A stretch of DNA of 64,000 nucleotides from Spirochaetia bacterium (GTDB lineage Bacteria > Spirochaetota > Spirochaetia > SZUA-6 > Bin103). A model generated the notes under the pieces. The model had not been told where the DNA came from, searched no databases, and worked only from the letters and a program-made list of their open reading frames with translations. Both the position numbers and the translations under genes were made by a program. The stretch is from positions 5,024,001 through 5,088,000 of the forward strand of contig CBDBDQ010000005.1 in the NCBI GenBank assembly GCA_965203905.1, given 5' to 3'. Of this stretch, positions 21,087-31,237 are shown piece after piece; position 1 is the first letter of the stretch, and each line of letters begins with the position of its first letter.

Positions 21087-24000
21087 ATGGTAGACGACAC
21101 ACAGTGGTATCCCCTGACAGTTCCGTCGAGCTGGAAGGGGCATCGTAATTGGGAAGATCATCCGACGCTCAGCGGCCATACCGGCTTTGCGTGGTACCGC
21201 TGCTTCGTCCGGGTGCCGGCAGAGTGGCGCGACCAGCCCTGCCGGCTCTACCTCGGCTACATCTCCGAGTGCGATGAAACGTTTGTCAACGGGGTGAGGG
21301 TCGGCGCCACCGGGTCGTTCCCGCCCCACCGCGAATCGGGAATCCCCGCGCTGCGCGACTACCCGGTGCTGCCGGGGAGCATCCGGTTCGGGACGGGGAA
21401 CCTGATCGCCGTACGGGTGTACTGCTCGGGACGGGAGGACAGCGGCGGCGGCCTCATCGGCGTTCAGTACGGCATGTCCGACTTCCGGTACCGAGAGTAC
21501 CGGTTCCAGCCCGACACCGGCGCAGCCCCCGTTGCTTACGACCGGGGCCGCTGGCTCGGCGAGCCGGGGCGGGAGCTCACCCTGTCGTGCGCCCGCGGCG
21601 CGCTGTCCCTGGAAGGGCAGTGGCAGGTGCGGCGCGGCGACGACCCGAGCTGGGCGCAGTGGCCCGCGCAGTCGCCGTCGGCACGCGACCGGATGGCCGC
21701 CGAGTACGGCCGTTCCGTGCGCCAACCGGTGGGAGCGGCCACCGAGATCTTCAGCGGCACGGCGCGGCCACCCGAGGGGCCGCGCACGATCTGGTTTCGC
21801 ACTCCCGGCCGCAATTGGTTCGAGGCGCTGCCGGTCGGCAACGGCCGCCTCGGTGTAATGGTCTTCGGTATCCCGGGGCGTGAGCGGCTCCAGCTCAGCG
21901 AGGAGACGGTCTGGGCCGGCAGGCCTGCCGAAACCGATCGCTCGGCGGCGTATGCGGCCTTTGCGGCGACGCGCGAGCACCTCTTTGCGGAACGCTACGC
22001 GGAGGCGCACCGGGTCTACGCGGAGTCGTTCCTGGCGCCGAATGAAACCCGCAGTTTCCAGACCCTCGGAACCCTGCACCTGGAGGTGGAGACGGCCGCC
22101 TCGGTGACCGACTACCGGCGCGAGCTGGACCTCGGCACCGCCATCGCCGGGGTGCAGTACCGTATCGAAGAGACCACCTTCACCCGGGAAGTCTTCGCCA
22201 GCGCGGTCGACGACCTCGTCGTGGTGCGGCTGGCGTGCGACCACGGTCCGTCAATCAACGCCCAGGTGTGGATGGAGCGGATCGACCCGACCACCGATGC
22301 TCCGGCGGTGGGTACGGAGACGCTGGTGGAGGACGGCTGCCTGGTGCAGCGCGGTCACGCCATTCACGCGCCTGAGCAGACCGACGCCTGGGGCAAGCGC
22401 CCCGATCTCTTCCCGGTGGACGAGAACCGCGGCGTTCGCTTTGAAGTCCGGGCGCTGCCGGTTGTCGCAACCAGTGATGCCACCGCGGCCCGGGTCACGG
22501 TGGAGGGCGGCCGGATCCGGATCGAGGATGCTGGCGCGGTAACGCTCCTGGTGGCGGTCGGGACCGACGCACGCGGTGCGGATCCTGCAGCCCAGGCCCG
22601 CGCGGCGCTGCGCAGGGCTGCGGGGAAGGGGTACGCGGCGATCCGGGAGGACCACGTCGAGGACTATCGGCGGCTCTTCGATCGGATGCAGTGGCAGCTT
22701 GGCGGACCCGCGCGGACCGAACGCGAGCCCACGGCGCTGGCCGCTGCGGAATCACCCCTCGCGACGCGGGTTTCCCCGCGCCACGCAACGCCGCCGGCAG
22801 CCGCCGATGAGCTCCTGGCGGCCGCCCGGTCCGTTGCGCTCGACCTGGCCCTGGTGCAGCTCTTCGTCGACTACAGCCGGTACCTGATGATCAGCGCCTC
22901 CCGCCCGGGGTGTTATCCGCTCAACAACTCCGGTATCTGGACCCGGTTCCTGACGGCGCCCTGGGACAGCGACTTCCACCTCGACATGGACCTGTTCATG
23001 CGCTACTGGGGGGTCGAGGTCTGCAACCTCCCGGAGTGCCACGAGCCGGTGTTCGACCTGATCGGGCGCTTGCGGGAACGAGGCCGCAGGACCGCGCGCG
23101 AGCTGTACCGGGCGCGGGGCTTCACGGCACACTGCATCACCGACGGCTGGTTCTACACCGACGCGGTGGGGGGCCTGTGGTACGGCGCCTTCTTCTGCAG
23201 CCTGGCCTGGCTCTGCTCCCACCTCTGGGAGCACTACCTGTTCAGTGAGGATCGCGCGTTCCTGCGCGAGACGGCGTGGCCGCTGCTGTGGGAGGCGGCC
23301 CAGTTCTACCTGGACGTGCTGGTGGAGGAACCGCGGACCGGGGCGCTGGTGTCGGGCCCCTCGGTCTCACCGGAGAACTTCTACGTCACGCCCGCCGGCC
23401 GGGATGAGACCGCGGTGCTCGGCCCACCGACCAGTTACGAGGCGGTGGCGCCGTACGTGGCGCAGGGCAAGGTCGGGACGCTGGACATGGGTCCGGCCAT
23501 GGACCGCGAGCTGATTTACGACCTCTTCAGCAACCTGTTGCAGGCGGCCGAGCTGCTGGAGGTCGACGATGATGTCGTGGGCGAGGTCAGGAGCGCGGTC
23601 GGACGCCTCGCCCGGCCCCGGATCGGAAGCGACGGCCGCATCATGGAGTGGAGCCGCGACTTCGGCGAGCTGGAGCCCGGGCACCGGCACCTGGGGCACC
23701 TGTGGGACCTGTACCCCGGTTGCCGGATCACCCCGGAGGGAACGCCGGCACAGGCGGAAGCGGCACGCAGGGTACTGGAGGAGCGCTGGCGGCATTCGCG
23801 GCGACTCGGTCAGACGGCCTGGTCCAGCGTGTGGAACGCGCTGCTGTGGTGTCGTCTGCGGGAGCCGGAGCGCGCCTGGGCGAATCTGGCCGAGATGTTC
23901 CGGATTGGCATTCTTCCCAACTTTTTTTCCACCGAGCCGCCGATGGTGTTGGATGCCGTCTTTGGAGGATGTGCCGTCGTCGCCGAGATGCTGCTGCAGA

Positions 24001-24359
24001 GCCATGACGGCGTGCTGCATCTGTTGCCGGCGCTGCCGGCCGCCCTCGATGCCGGGCGGGTGAGCGGCCTGCGCGCGCGAGGAGGTTTCGAGGTCACCAT
24101 CGAGTGGCGACGGGGCTCGCTGGTCGCAGCGACGATCATCTCGGTGCGGGGCAACCGCTGCCGGGTACGTGCGGCGCGCCCCGTCACGGTTCGCGCCGGG
24201 GAGAGCGACCGTGTGCTTGCCGGTGCCGGCGACACCGTGGCGTTTGTGACCGAGCCGGGAAGCCGGTACGTCGTGGTGCCGGCCGGCGATCCCGTGGCCG
24301 GCGGCCCGAAGCTGCCCGGATCGGCAGCATCGACCGAAACCCACCCGTCAGGCCAGTGA
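21087..24359 (+). CDS. GH95 alpha-L-fucosidase-like glycoside hydrolase with N-terminal jelly-roll domain
   Basis: EALPVGNGRLG, YRRELDL, SPEN, HRHLGHLWDLYPG, LLPALP, GLRARGG; N-terminal GFAWYR...DETFVNG. Confidence 0.88.
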   Translation: MVDDTQWYPLTVPSSWKGHRNWEDHPTLSGHTGFAWYRCFVRVPAEWRDQPCRLYLGYISECDETFVNGVRVGATGSFPPHRESGIPALRDYPVLPGSIRFGTGNLIAVRVYCSGREDSGGGLIGVQYGMSDFRYREYRFQPDTGAAPVAYDRGRWLGEPGRELTLSCARGALSLEGQWQVRRGDDPSWAQWPAQSPSARDRMAAEYGRSVRQPVGAATEIFSGTARPPEGPRTIWFRTPGRNWFEALPVGNGRLGVMVFGIPGRERLQLSEETVWAGRPAETDRSAAYAAFAATREHLFAERYAEAHRVYAESFLAPNETRSFQTLGTLHLEVETAASVTDYRRELDLGTAIAGVQYRIEETTFTREVFASAVDDLVVVRLACDHGPSINAQVWMERIDPTTDAPAVGTETLVEDGCLVQRGHAIHAPEQTDAWGKRPDLFPVDENRGVRFEVRALPVVATSDATAARVTVEGGRIRIEDAGAVTLLVAVGTDARGADPAAQARAALRRAAGKGYAAIREDHVEDYRRLFDRMQWQLGGPARTEREPTALAAAESPLATRVSPRHATPPAAADELLAAARSVALDLALVQLFVDYSRYLMISASRPGCYPLNNSGIWTRFLTAPWDSDFHLDMDLFMRYWGVEVCNLPECHEPVFDLIGRLRERGRRTARELYRARGFTAHCITDGWFYTDAVGGLWYGAFFCSLAWLCSHLWEHYLFSEDRAFLRETAWPLLWEAAQFYLDVLVEEPRTGALVSGPSVSPENFYVTPAGRDETAVLGPPTSYEAVAPYVAQGKVGTLDMGPAMDRELIYDLFSNLLQAAELLEVDDDVVGEVRSAVGRLARPRIGSDGRIMEWSRDFGELEPGHRHLGHLWDLYPGCRITPEGTPAQAEAARRVLEERWRHSRRLGQTAWSSVWNALLWCRLREPERAWANLAEMFRIGILPNFFSTEPPMVLDAVFGGCAVVAEMLLQSHDGVLHLLPALPAALDAGRVSGLRARGGFEVTIEWRRGSLVAATIISVRGNRCRVRAARPVTVRAGESDRVLAGAGDTVAFVTEPGSRYVVVPAGDPVAGGPKLPGSAASTETHPSGQ

Positions 24360-24424
24360 TCCTTCCGGACCTGAGGCTCCGCGCGTAGCAGTCGCGCTCA
24401 ATATGGTCCTGGAAGCCGCTTCAG

Positions 24425-26560
24425 GAGGACTACCCCTCGCTACGCGACAAGCCGGCTGCAGTCGTTACGACCGTCGCCATCGGACCGACGCCCAACCGCC
24501 CAATTCGCACCCTGGCGAGCGCCGATCACTTGGGCCCGTCTGGCGGCGGTCCGTACTCCCGATGCCGGAAACGGTGGTGGGCAGCACAGCGAACGCGGAG
24601 ATTTCCCGGCTCTGCGCTGCCGCCGAGCGCAAAGGGAACGATGTGGTCGAGCTGCAGCAGAAAGCGGGAGCCGCAGCGCCGCCCGCTGTGCGGATCGACG
24701 TAACTGCAGCAGCCGCGGTCGCGGCGCCACACCTCACGCCGCACGGCTGCCGGAATGTACCGGGATCGACGCGCCCGGTGGGGCGCCTGCGCGCTGCCTC
24801 CGGACGTGCCGGCAGCCCGGCTCGTCCGCGAACGGCCATCGGTCTGCGCCGCTCCTGCCCGTTTCGCTGGCGAAGGAGCGTTGCGACCGCGATCCGCTGC
24901 TGCCGTCGCGGTCGGCATGCCCTGGTCTACCGGCGGCGTCGGCCGTGGCGTCGGTACGGTGGCGTGGGACCCGCGATCTGCCACCGACTTCGCTGCCGAA
25001 GCAGCGGTGCCGGGCTCAGTCGCCGATGGCTTGGTACTCACCGGGGTGGTGCTGGCGCAAGTCTCGCGCCCCGATGGCGGCGCGGACAACGCTGCCGGCG
25101 TCGAGGTGGTGGCGCCGCCAATCCCGCGTGCGGGTTCCTCTGCGGACAGCGCTGCCGGCGCCGGGGTGCTGCCACCGGCGCTCGTGCCCGCCGGCGTCGG
25201 CGGCACTCCGGGTTGCTGTTGCGCGTCTCGCTTCGCTGGCGAAGCCGCCCCGACTGCCGGCTCTTCCTGCGCCTTCGGCTCCGGCGCCTGGCCCGCGCTT
25301 GCCTCCCGGTGCCCACCTCTGCGCCCGCGCGGCGGCCGCCCCGGGTCGTAGCGCTGCAGGCCGTCCTGCACCAGCCGCTCCACCAGCTGCCCCAGCGTCA
25401 GGTGCGGGTCCACGTGCGACAGCAGTGCCCGTAGCTGCTCGATCCCGCGCTGACACGCGGCGTCGATCACCACCTTCAGCTCCCAGCGGCCCTCGCCCAG
25501 CGCCCGCAGGCGATCGGCCGGCCGCGCCAGCTCGGGAGCCACCCCGGCCAACAACTGCTTCACCTCGCGGGTGCTCTTGCCGCTCGCCTGCGCCACCAGC
25601 TCCTGCCGCTGCGCCGCGTCCAGCGCCGGCACCGGTCGCGCCGGCGCCGCTGCCGCGGTCCCCGAAGCCCCAGCCTCCGGTGCCGGCCCCGTGGCGCCCG
25701 GCAGCAGCTCCGGTGCCGCGGATGCCGAGCCGGGGTCCGCGGCGGCGGTCGCCGTGCGCTGCAGGAGATCGAAGGTGTTCTGCAACTGCGCCGCCGCGCT
25801 CAGGGAGAGCGAGCCGTCCTGCAGCCGCTCGCGTGACCCGGCGGTATCGGAGCACAGGCGCATGGCTTTGATACGGCGCCAGGCGGCGCCTTCGCTGTAG
25901 CCCAGTTCGCGTACCGCGTAGTCGAACAGGCTGGAGAACCCGAGGCGCAGGTGCAGGTGGCGGGCGTGGATCTCGCGCAGGTGGTCGAGGACGGCGAGCT
26001 GCAGCGCCTGCTCGTGCAGGACGAGGGACCTGGTGTGCGCCAGCAGCACTTGGTCGGGGAGCCCGGAGAGCGAGGAGGAGAAGCCGGTTGCGGTCGCGGT
26101 ATCCATGGCGTAAATATAAGCATGGCTGAGAAATGCCCGGTTTCTGCGAGTCCCGGGACGGGCACCTGGGAGGGTGCAGGCGGGCGCTGGCGGGGTGCTG
26201 ACGGGCCTGCGCGGCGTGGGGGGATGTTCGAAGGGTCGGAGGGGCCGGAACGTGCGGCAGGGGGCCGTTACGAGCAGCGCCAAACCCGTCAAGTGCTGAG
26301 CGCATTTTTTTGGCACTTTTCGCAGAATCCTGCGAGTCCTGCACCTCAGCGCCGACGTGGCAACAATGCAGCGGCGGAGACCGGCGTCGCGGGTCCCCGG
26401 CGCCCCGCTCATTTCTGGACATCTCGTACAGCGAACGAACCATGCACCCTGAGGGCGGCGACCTGGCAGGCGCCGGGGCCACCATCGTCGCTCGGCCACT
26501 ACCTTCCAGAAGATCCCTGCCACACAGGATGCAGACGGCGTTCAGCATGGGATGGTCTTG
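24425..26560 (-). mobile_element. HNH element copy 2 (complete)
   Basis: Ends GAGGACTACCCCTCGCT / AGCATGGGATGGTCTTG; leader and trailer shared with copies 3 and 4. Confidence 0.85.
24526..26106 (-). CDS. HNH endonuclease with DUF222-like helical N-domain (526 aa)
   Basis: LHLRLGFSSLFDYAVRELGYSEGAAWRRIKAMRL; C-terminal CC..RCG..LDHIVPFALGG..NLRVRCAAHH. Confidence 0.9.
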   Translation of the reverse strand: MDTATATGFSSSLSGLPDQVLLAHTRSLVLHEQALQLAVLDHLREIHARHLHLRLGFSSLFDYAVRELGYSEGAAWRRIKAMRLCSDTAGSRERLQDGSLSLSAAAQLQNTFDLLQRTATAAADPGSASAAPELLPGATGPAPEAGASGTAAAAPARPVPALDAAQRQELVAQASGKSTREVKQLLAGVAPELARPADRLRALGEGRWELKVVIDAACQRGIEQLRALLSHVDPHLTLGQLVERLVQDGLQRYDPGRPPRGRRGGHREASAGQAPEPKAQEEPAVGAASPAKRDAQQQPGVPPTPAGTSAGGSTPAPAALSAEEPARGIGGATTSTPAALSAPPSGRETCASTTPVSTKPSATEPGTAASAAKSVADRGSHATVPTPRPTPPVDQGMPTATAAADRGRNAPSPAKRAGAAQTDGRSRTSRAAGTSGGSAQAPHRARRSRYIPAAVRREVWRRDRGCCSYVDPHSGRRCGSRFLLQLDHIVPFALGGSAEPGNLRVRCAAHHRFRHREYGPPPDGPK

Positions 26561-26828
26561 GGCGCTTCTTCAAGATTGCCTGTTGACGGCGCTCCCGCGT
26601 GTTGGCTATGCTAGATTTCGGGTTTCTTGTCGCATAGGGCTTGGAATGGCCGACATCCGACGTGGGAAGGTGGCACAAAAGGTGACGAAAGAATCGCACG
26701 CGGGAGATACGATCCGTCAGCGCGATGTCGCCTGCCGGGGACCGCCCGCAGATCGAAAACCGAGCCACCGGCCTAGGTAGACAGTTCACTGAAAGAAGCA
26801 AGGGGAATGAAAGGACGAAGGAAGAACC

Positions 26829-28865
26829 ATGAAACCATTGGTGCTTATTCTGGCGGGCTTGATCCTGACCTCGCTTGCGGCCTTCGCAAGCCCCGCCGCC
26901 GAGTCAGAGCCGGAGCCTGCTGCAGCCGTCGCAGAGGTCGGCCCCACGATGCCGAAGTTGGATCCGGGGCAGTACAACCTCGCAGACTATGAGGCACAGA
27001 CCGGGACCAAGATAACCACGTTCCAGGAATCGCCGATGCTGGCAGGAGCCGGCTTACCCGCGGTGCAGGAGCGCCTGCCCCAGAACCCGCTGGTTGTGGA
27101 GACCTGGGAGGCGAACGGCAGGTACGGCGGTACCCTTACCTGGATGGAACACACTCCCGACTTCGACGAGTACCTGCGGCGTCTGAACGACGCGCTGCTC
27201 ATCGAGATCAAGCCCGGCCGCTCCCATCACCGCTGGAGTTACATCGGTGCGGAGTTGCAGCCAAGCGTGCTGGAGTCCTGGGAGATGTCCGCTGACCGCA
27301 GGACCTTCACGATGACCATCCGCAAGGGCTTGCGATGGTCGGACGGCGTCGAGGTGACCTCGGAAGACATACGCTACACGGTCGAGGACATCCGCCTCAA
27401 TACAGAGCTGTCTCCATCGCAACCGAGATTCTTCGTGTTTGGTGGTGGAGTAACCGATTTCGAGGTGGTGGACAAGTACACCAGCAAGCTCACCTTTGCC
27501 AATCCCTTTGGTCTGTTTCCCTGGCACTGCACCAGATTGTCATGGCACGAAATGATCAGGCCCAGCCACTACCTGAAGCAGTTCCATACCGCGCACACGG
27601 ACATCGACGAAATCGTCCCGACGATGGAGGAGATGGGGTTCAAGAAGGATGAGTGGGCACGGTTCTATCAGACCATCGACCTGATGGGCGGCGATGCGGG
27701 GACCCGCATACCGACGCGCTATCCCACCATGTTCGAGTTTCCGACGCTGGATCCGTGGCTGAACGTGTCCCAGCCGACTCCCGGCGAGTTCATCCTGGAG
27801 CGGAATCCCTACTACTTCAAGGTTGACTCCGAAGGGCGGCAACTTCCCTACATCGACAAGCTGCACCGCGTCATAGTCACGAACCCGGAGGTGACCGCCG
27901 CCAAGGTGATTGCCGGCGAGACCGACATCCAATACAACCACATCAAGATGTCCGACTTCCCGCTGTTCAAGGAAAATGAGGAGAAGGGAGGCTACAAGGC
28001 GCTTCTGCTGCCAGCCTGGCAGGACCTGGTTCTGATGTACTTCCCGTACCTGACGCCGATAAAAGATCCGGTGATCATGGAGCTCATGGGCGACAAGCGG
28101 TTTCGTCAGGCGGTCAGCCTTGCGATCGACCGCAACGAGATCAAGAAGTCGGTGTTTCTGGACTTCGGACGGATTGCGCAGTTCGCTCCGCCCAAGGGCT
28201 CGGCAGTGTGGGAAGAGTACATGGAGAAGGCCTATGCCGAGCTCGACGTGGAGGAGGCGAACCGACTCCTGGATGAGATCGGGCTGCAGTGGGATGACAA
28301 GCGGGAATACCGGCTACGGCCCAATGGGGACCGCTTGACAATCCCATACCTCTACTACGAAGTCGCCTCGGCGAGCACCCCGGGCGCCGAGCTGTTTTCG
28401 GAGTTCATGAAGGAAATCGGTATCGACTCCCCGGTGAAACTGGTAGACGGGTCGTTGTACTGGACCAGCAACAAGTCCGGTGAGCCGCATTTTGGCGGTG
28501 GCTTCAGTATTGCGGCTCAGGAAATGACCTTCTGGACTGCAATGGCCAGGGTGACGGCGTTCTTCTGGGAGACCTGGTACAACACGGGGGGAGAGCAAGG
28601 AGAGGTGCCGCCGCCCGAGTTCAGGGAGCTTTACGACCTCAAGAAGATCATTGTGGCCAACACCAGTGAGGCCGAGTTTCAGGCAGCGGTCAAGCAGGCC
28701 TGGGAGAGCCAGGCTGAGAACGTGTGGATCATTGGAACCGTGGCGGACGTGCCTGCACCGTTGGTCTTCAATGAGAACCTCGGTAACATTGCGATCATAG
28801 AGGAGTTTGGTTGGCCTAACATCATGGCTGGAGAATTCGCCGAGCAGTGGTACTGGAAACAGTAA
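26829..28865 (+). CDS. ABC solute-binding protein, family 5
   Basis: Signal peptide, RWSDG, RNPYYFKVD..GRQLPYID. Confidence 0.92.
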   Translation: MKPLVLILAGLILTSLAAFASPAAESEPEPAAAVAEVGPTMPKLDPGQYNLADYEAQTGTKITTFQESPMLAGAGLPAVQERLPQNPLVVETWEANGRYGGTLTWMEHTPDFDEYLRRLNDALLIEIKPGRSHHRWSYIGAELQPSVLESWEMSADRRTFTMTIRKGLRWSDGVEVTSEDIRYTVEDIRLNTELSPSQPRFFVFGGGVTDFEVVDKYTSKLTFANPFGLFPWHCTRLSWHEMIRPSHYLKQFHTAHTDIDEIVPTMEEMGFKKDEWARFYQTIDLMGGDAGTRIPTRYPTMFEFPTLDPWLNVSQPTPGEFILERNPYYFKVDSEGRQLPYIDKLHRVIVTNPEVTAAKVIAGETDIQYNHIKMSDFPLFKENEEKGGYKALLLPAWQDLVLMYFPYLTPIKDPVIMELMGDKRFRQAVSLAIDRNEIKKSVFLDFGRIAQFAPPKGSAVWEEYMEKAYAELDVEEANRLLDEIGLQWDDKREYRLRPNGDRLTIPYLYYEVASASTPGAELFSEFMKEIGIDSPVKLVDGSLYWTSNKSGEPHFGGGFSIAAQEMTFWTAMARVTAFFWETWYNTGGEQGEVPPPEFRELYDLKKIIVANTSEAEFQAAVKQAWESQAENVWIIGTVADVPAPLVFNENLGNIAIIEEFGWPNIMAGEFAEQWYWKQ

Positions 28866-28878
28866 CGCTATCCCAACC

Positions 28879-29020
28879 CTAGCAGCCCGTGGTGGAACCC
28901 GGCGTCGCACCGAGAGCGGCGAGGCGCCCGGCTGGCAAGGCGCGACGAACGAGGAGCAACGCAGCCAGCCGGGATGGATCGTCGCTCGAATGCAGCCGGA
29001 GTTTCGCCACGGGCTGCTAG
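28879..29020. mobile_element. ~140-bp MITE-like inverted-repeat element bounded by CTAG
   Basis: CTAGCAGCCCGTGG...CCACGGGCTGCTAG perfect 14-bp IR extending imperfectly; internal IR CCCGGCTGGC/GCCAGCCGGG. Confidence 0.7.
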
Positions 29021-29099
29021 ATTGCACGGAGAGCCGGGTGCAGCACCGGCTCTCCTTGGTCTCGACTCGCGGCCACACACCGAGCGCCAACAGTTACCT

Positions 29100-30095
29100 G
29101 TGATCAGCTATATTGCCCGCCGCTTCATCTACATGCTCATCATGCTGGCGGCCATGTCTCTGGTCGCCTACGTTATCATCCAGCTTCCTCCCGGCGATTA
29201 TGTGACCATGCTGATCAGCAAGCTGGAAGCTACCGGGGTGGGTGCCGACGAATCCCAGATCGAAATGCTCAGACGCATGTACGGCCTGGACCTGCCGCCC
29301 TACCTCAGGTATCTGAAGTGGGTGGGGAACATGCTTCGAGGCGACTTTGGACGGTCGATGCATTGGCTGAGACCGGTGAGTGAGCTGATCGGAGAGCGGC
29401 TCATGCTGACCGTCATGTTGACCGTCCTTACCACCGCTTTCAGCTTCATTGTCGCGATTCCGATCGGCATCTACTCGGCGACCCATCAGTACTCCTTTGG
29501 GGACTATACGTTCATGGTCATTGGGTTCACCGGGCTGGCGACACCCAACTTCCTGCTCGCATTGATGCTCATGATCCTCTTCAACAATGCCTTTGGTATC
29601 AGCATCGGGGGCCTGTTCAGCTCCGAGTACTCAGCGGCTCCGTGGAGCTTCGGCAAGGTCATCGACATGCTCAAGCATCTACCGGTACCCATCATTATCG
29701 TTGGCACCAGCGGGACCGCCGGCCTGATCCGAGTATTTCGGGGCATGCTCCTGGACGAGTTGCGCAAGCATTACGTCATTACGGCGCGCGCCAAGGGACT
29801 GGCCGAACGAACGATTCTGTTCCGATATCCGGTGCGCGTGGCACTGAACCCGGTCGTCAGCACGATCGGCTGGCTGCTGCCCGCGATCGTGTCAGGGAAC
29901 ACGATTGTGGCCCTGGTGCTCAGCCTTCCTACCGTTGGGCCGTTGATGTATCAGGCTCTGTTGGTCGAGGACATGTTTCTTGCCGGAACCATCGTCATGT
30001 TCCTGAGCTTCCTGACCATAATCGGCACCTTCGTGTCTGATTTCATGCTCGTCGTTGTCGATCCCCGGATCAGGTTCGAGCGGGTGGGCAGTTGA
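29100..30095 (+). CDS. ABC permease (DppB family)
   Basis: LPPGD, GDFGRS, TARAKGL, DPRIR. Confidence 0.92.
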   Translation: MISYIARRFIYMLIMLAAMSLVAYVIIQLPPGDYVTMLISKLEATGVGADESQIEMLRRMYGLDLPPYLRYLKWVGNMLRGDFGRSMHWLRPVSELIGERLMLTVMLTVLTTAFSFIVAIPIGIYSATHQYSFGDYTFMVIGFTGLATPNFLLALMLMILFNNAFGISIGGLFSSEYSAAPWSFGKVIDMLKHLPVPIIIVGTSGTAGLIRVFRGMLLDELRKHYVITARAKGLAERTILFRYPVRVALNPVVSTIGWLLPAIVSGNTIVALVLSLPTVGPLMYQALLVEDMFLAGTIVMFLSFLTIIGTFVSDFMLVVVDPRIRFERVGS

Positions 30096-31234
30096 AACAG
30101 ACCACGACCGTGCCGCGGGCAGCGGCGTTCGACCAGCGCCGCTCCGAGGATGAGCAGTATTTCGTGGCCTCCCAGTGGCGGCTGATGTGGCGCAAGTTCA
30201 GGCAACACAAGCTGGCGATGGTGGGCTCAGTCACCATAGTGTTCCTGTTCTTCGTGGGGGTATTGTTGCCCGAGTTCTTCTCCACCCAGAATCCGATGGA
30301 GCGGAACTCAGATTTCCTTTATTGCCCTCCACAGAGGATCCGATTCCTCGATCAGGGTGCGTTGCAGTTGAGACCGTTCGTGTACGGCCTGACGCGCCAG
30401 CGCAACCCGGTGACATTCGGCATGGAGTACAGCGTCGACACCACCCGGAAGTTCCCGATCAGGTTCTTTCATCGGGGTGATCCCTACAAGCTCTGGGGCC
30501 TGTTTCCGGCCGACGTGCACCTGATCGGGATTGACGAGGAACCCGTGTTCTACCTGTTCGGTACCGACAAGCTGGGCAGGGATCTCTTTTCCCGCGTCCT
30601 CTACGCGGCCCGGATATCACTCTCGGTCGGCTTCGTTGGCGTGCTCATCAGCTTCATTCTGGGATGCATCCTCGGTGGCATTTCCGGTTTCTTTGGTGGC
30701 AAGGTGGATATGCTGATCCAGCGCATCATCGAGTTTCTGATATCGCTCCCGACGATTCCCATCTGGATGGGGCTTGCCGCCGCTGTCCCACTGGAGTGGC
30801 CCGCGGTCCGGGTGTACTTCATCATCACCGTAATCCTCTCCATCGTCGGCTGGGCCGGACTCGCACGCGTGGTCCGCGGCAAGATCCTGTCGCTGCGAGA
30901 AGAGGACTATGTTCGGGCGGCGGTAATCTCCGGATCCGGCGATATGGCGGTCATCCTGAGGCACCTGTTGCCCGCCTTCCTCAGCTACCTGATAGTACAC
31001 CTCACGTTGGCGATACCCGGGATGATTCTGGGGGAAACGTCGCTCAGCTTCCTGGGACTCGGGCTGCGGCCGCCGGTGATCAGTTGGGGCGTGCTGCTGA
31101 ACGAGGCACAAAACGTCAAGGCTATCTACACGGACGTCTGGCTATTGATTCCCGGTGGCTTCGTCATGGTTACGGTGCTCGCGTTCAACTTCCTCGGTGA
31201 CGGCCTGCGCGACGCGGCCGACCCCTACCGCTAA
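30092..31234 (+). CDS. ABC permease (DppC family)
   Basis: FGTDKLGRD, ETSLSFLGLG, GDGLRDAADP. Confidence 0.92.
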   Translation: MKQTTTVPRAAAFDQRRSEDEQYFVASQWRLMWRKFRQHKLAMVGSVTIVFLFFVGVLLPEFFSTQNPMERNSDFLYCPPQRIRFLDQGALQLRPFVYGLTRQRNPVTFGMEYSVDTTRKFPIRFFHRGDPYKLWGLFPADVHLIGIDEEPVFYLFGTDKLGRDLFSRVLYAARISLSVGFVGVLISFILGCILGGISGFFGGKVDMLIQRIIEFLISLPTIPIWMGLAAAVPLEWPAVRVYFIITVILSIVGWAGLARVVRGKILSLREEDYVRAAVISGSGDMAVILRHLLPAFLSYLIVHLTLAIPGMILGETSLSFLGLGLRPPVISWGVLLNEAQNVKAIYTDVWLLIPGGFVMVTVLAFNFLGDGLRDAADPYR

Positions 31235-31237
31235 AAG

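Noticed and set aside
24413-26570. Target duplications for copy 2 (GCCGCTTC/GGCGCTTC) and copy 3 (GGTGCG/GGTACG)
   Set aside because: Only partial matches in GC-rich DNA; cannot be distinguished from chance.
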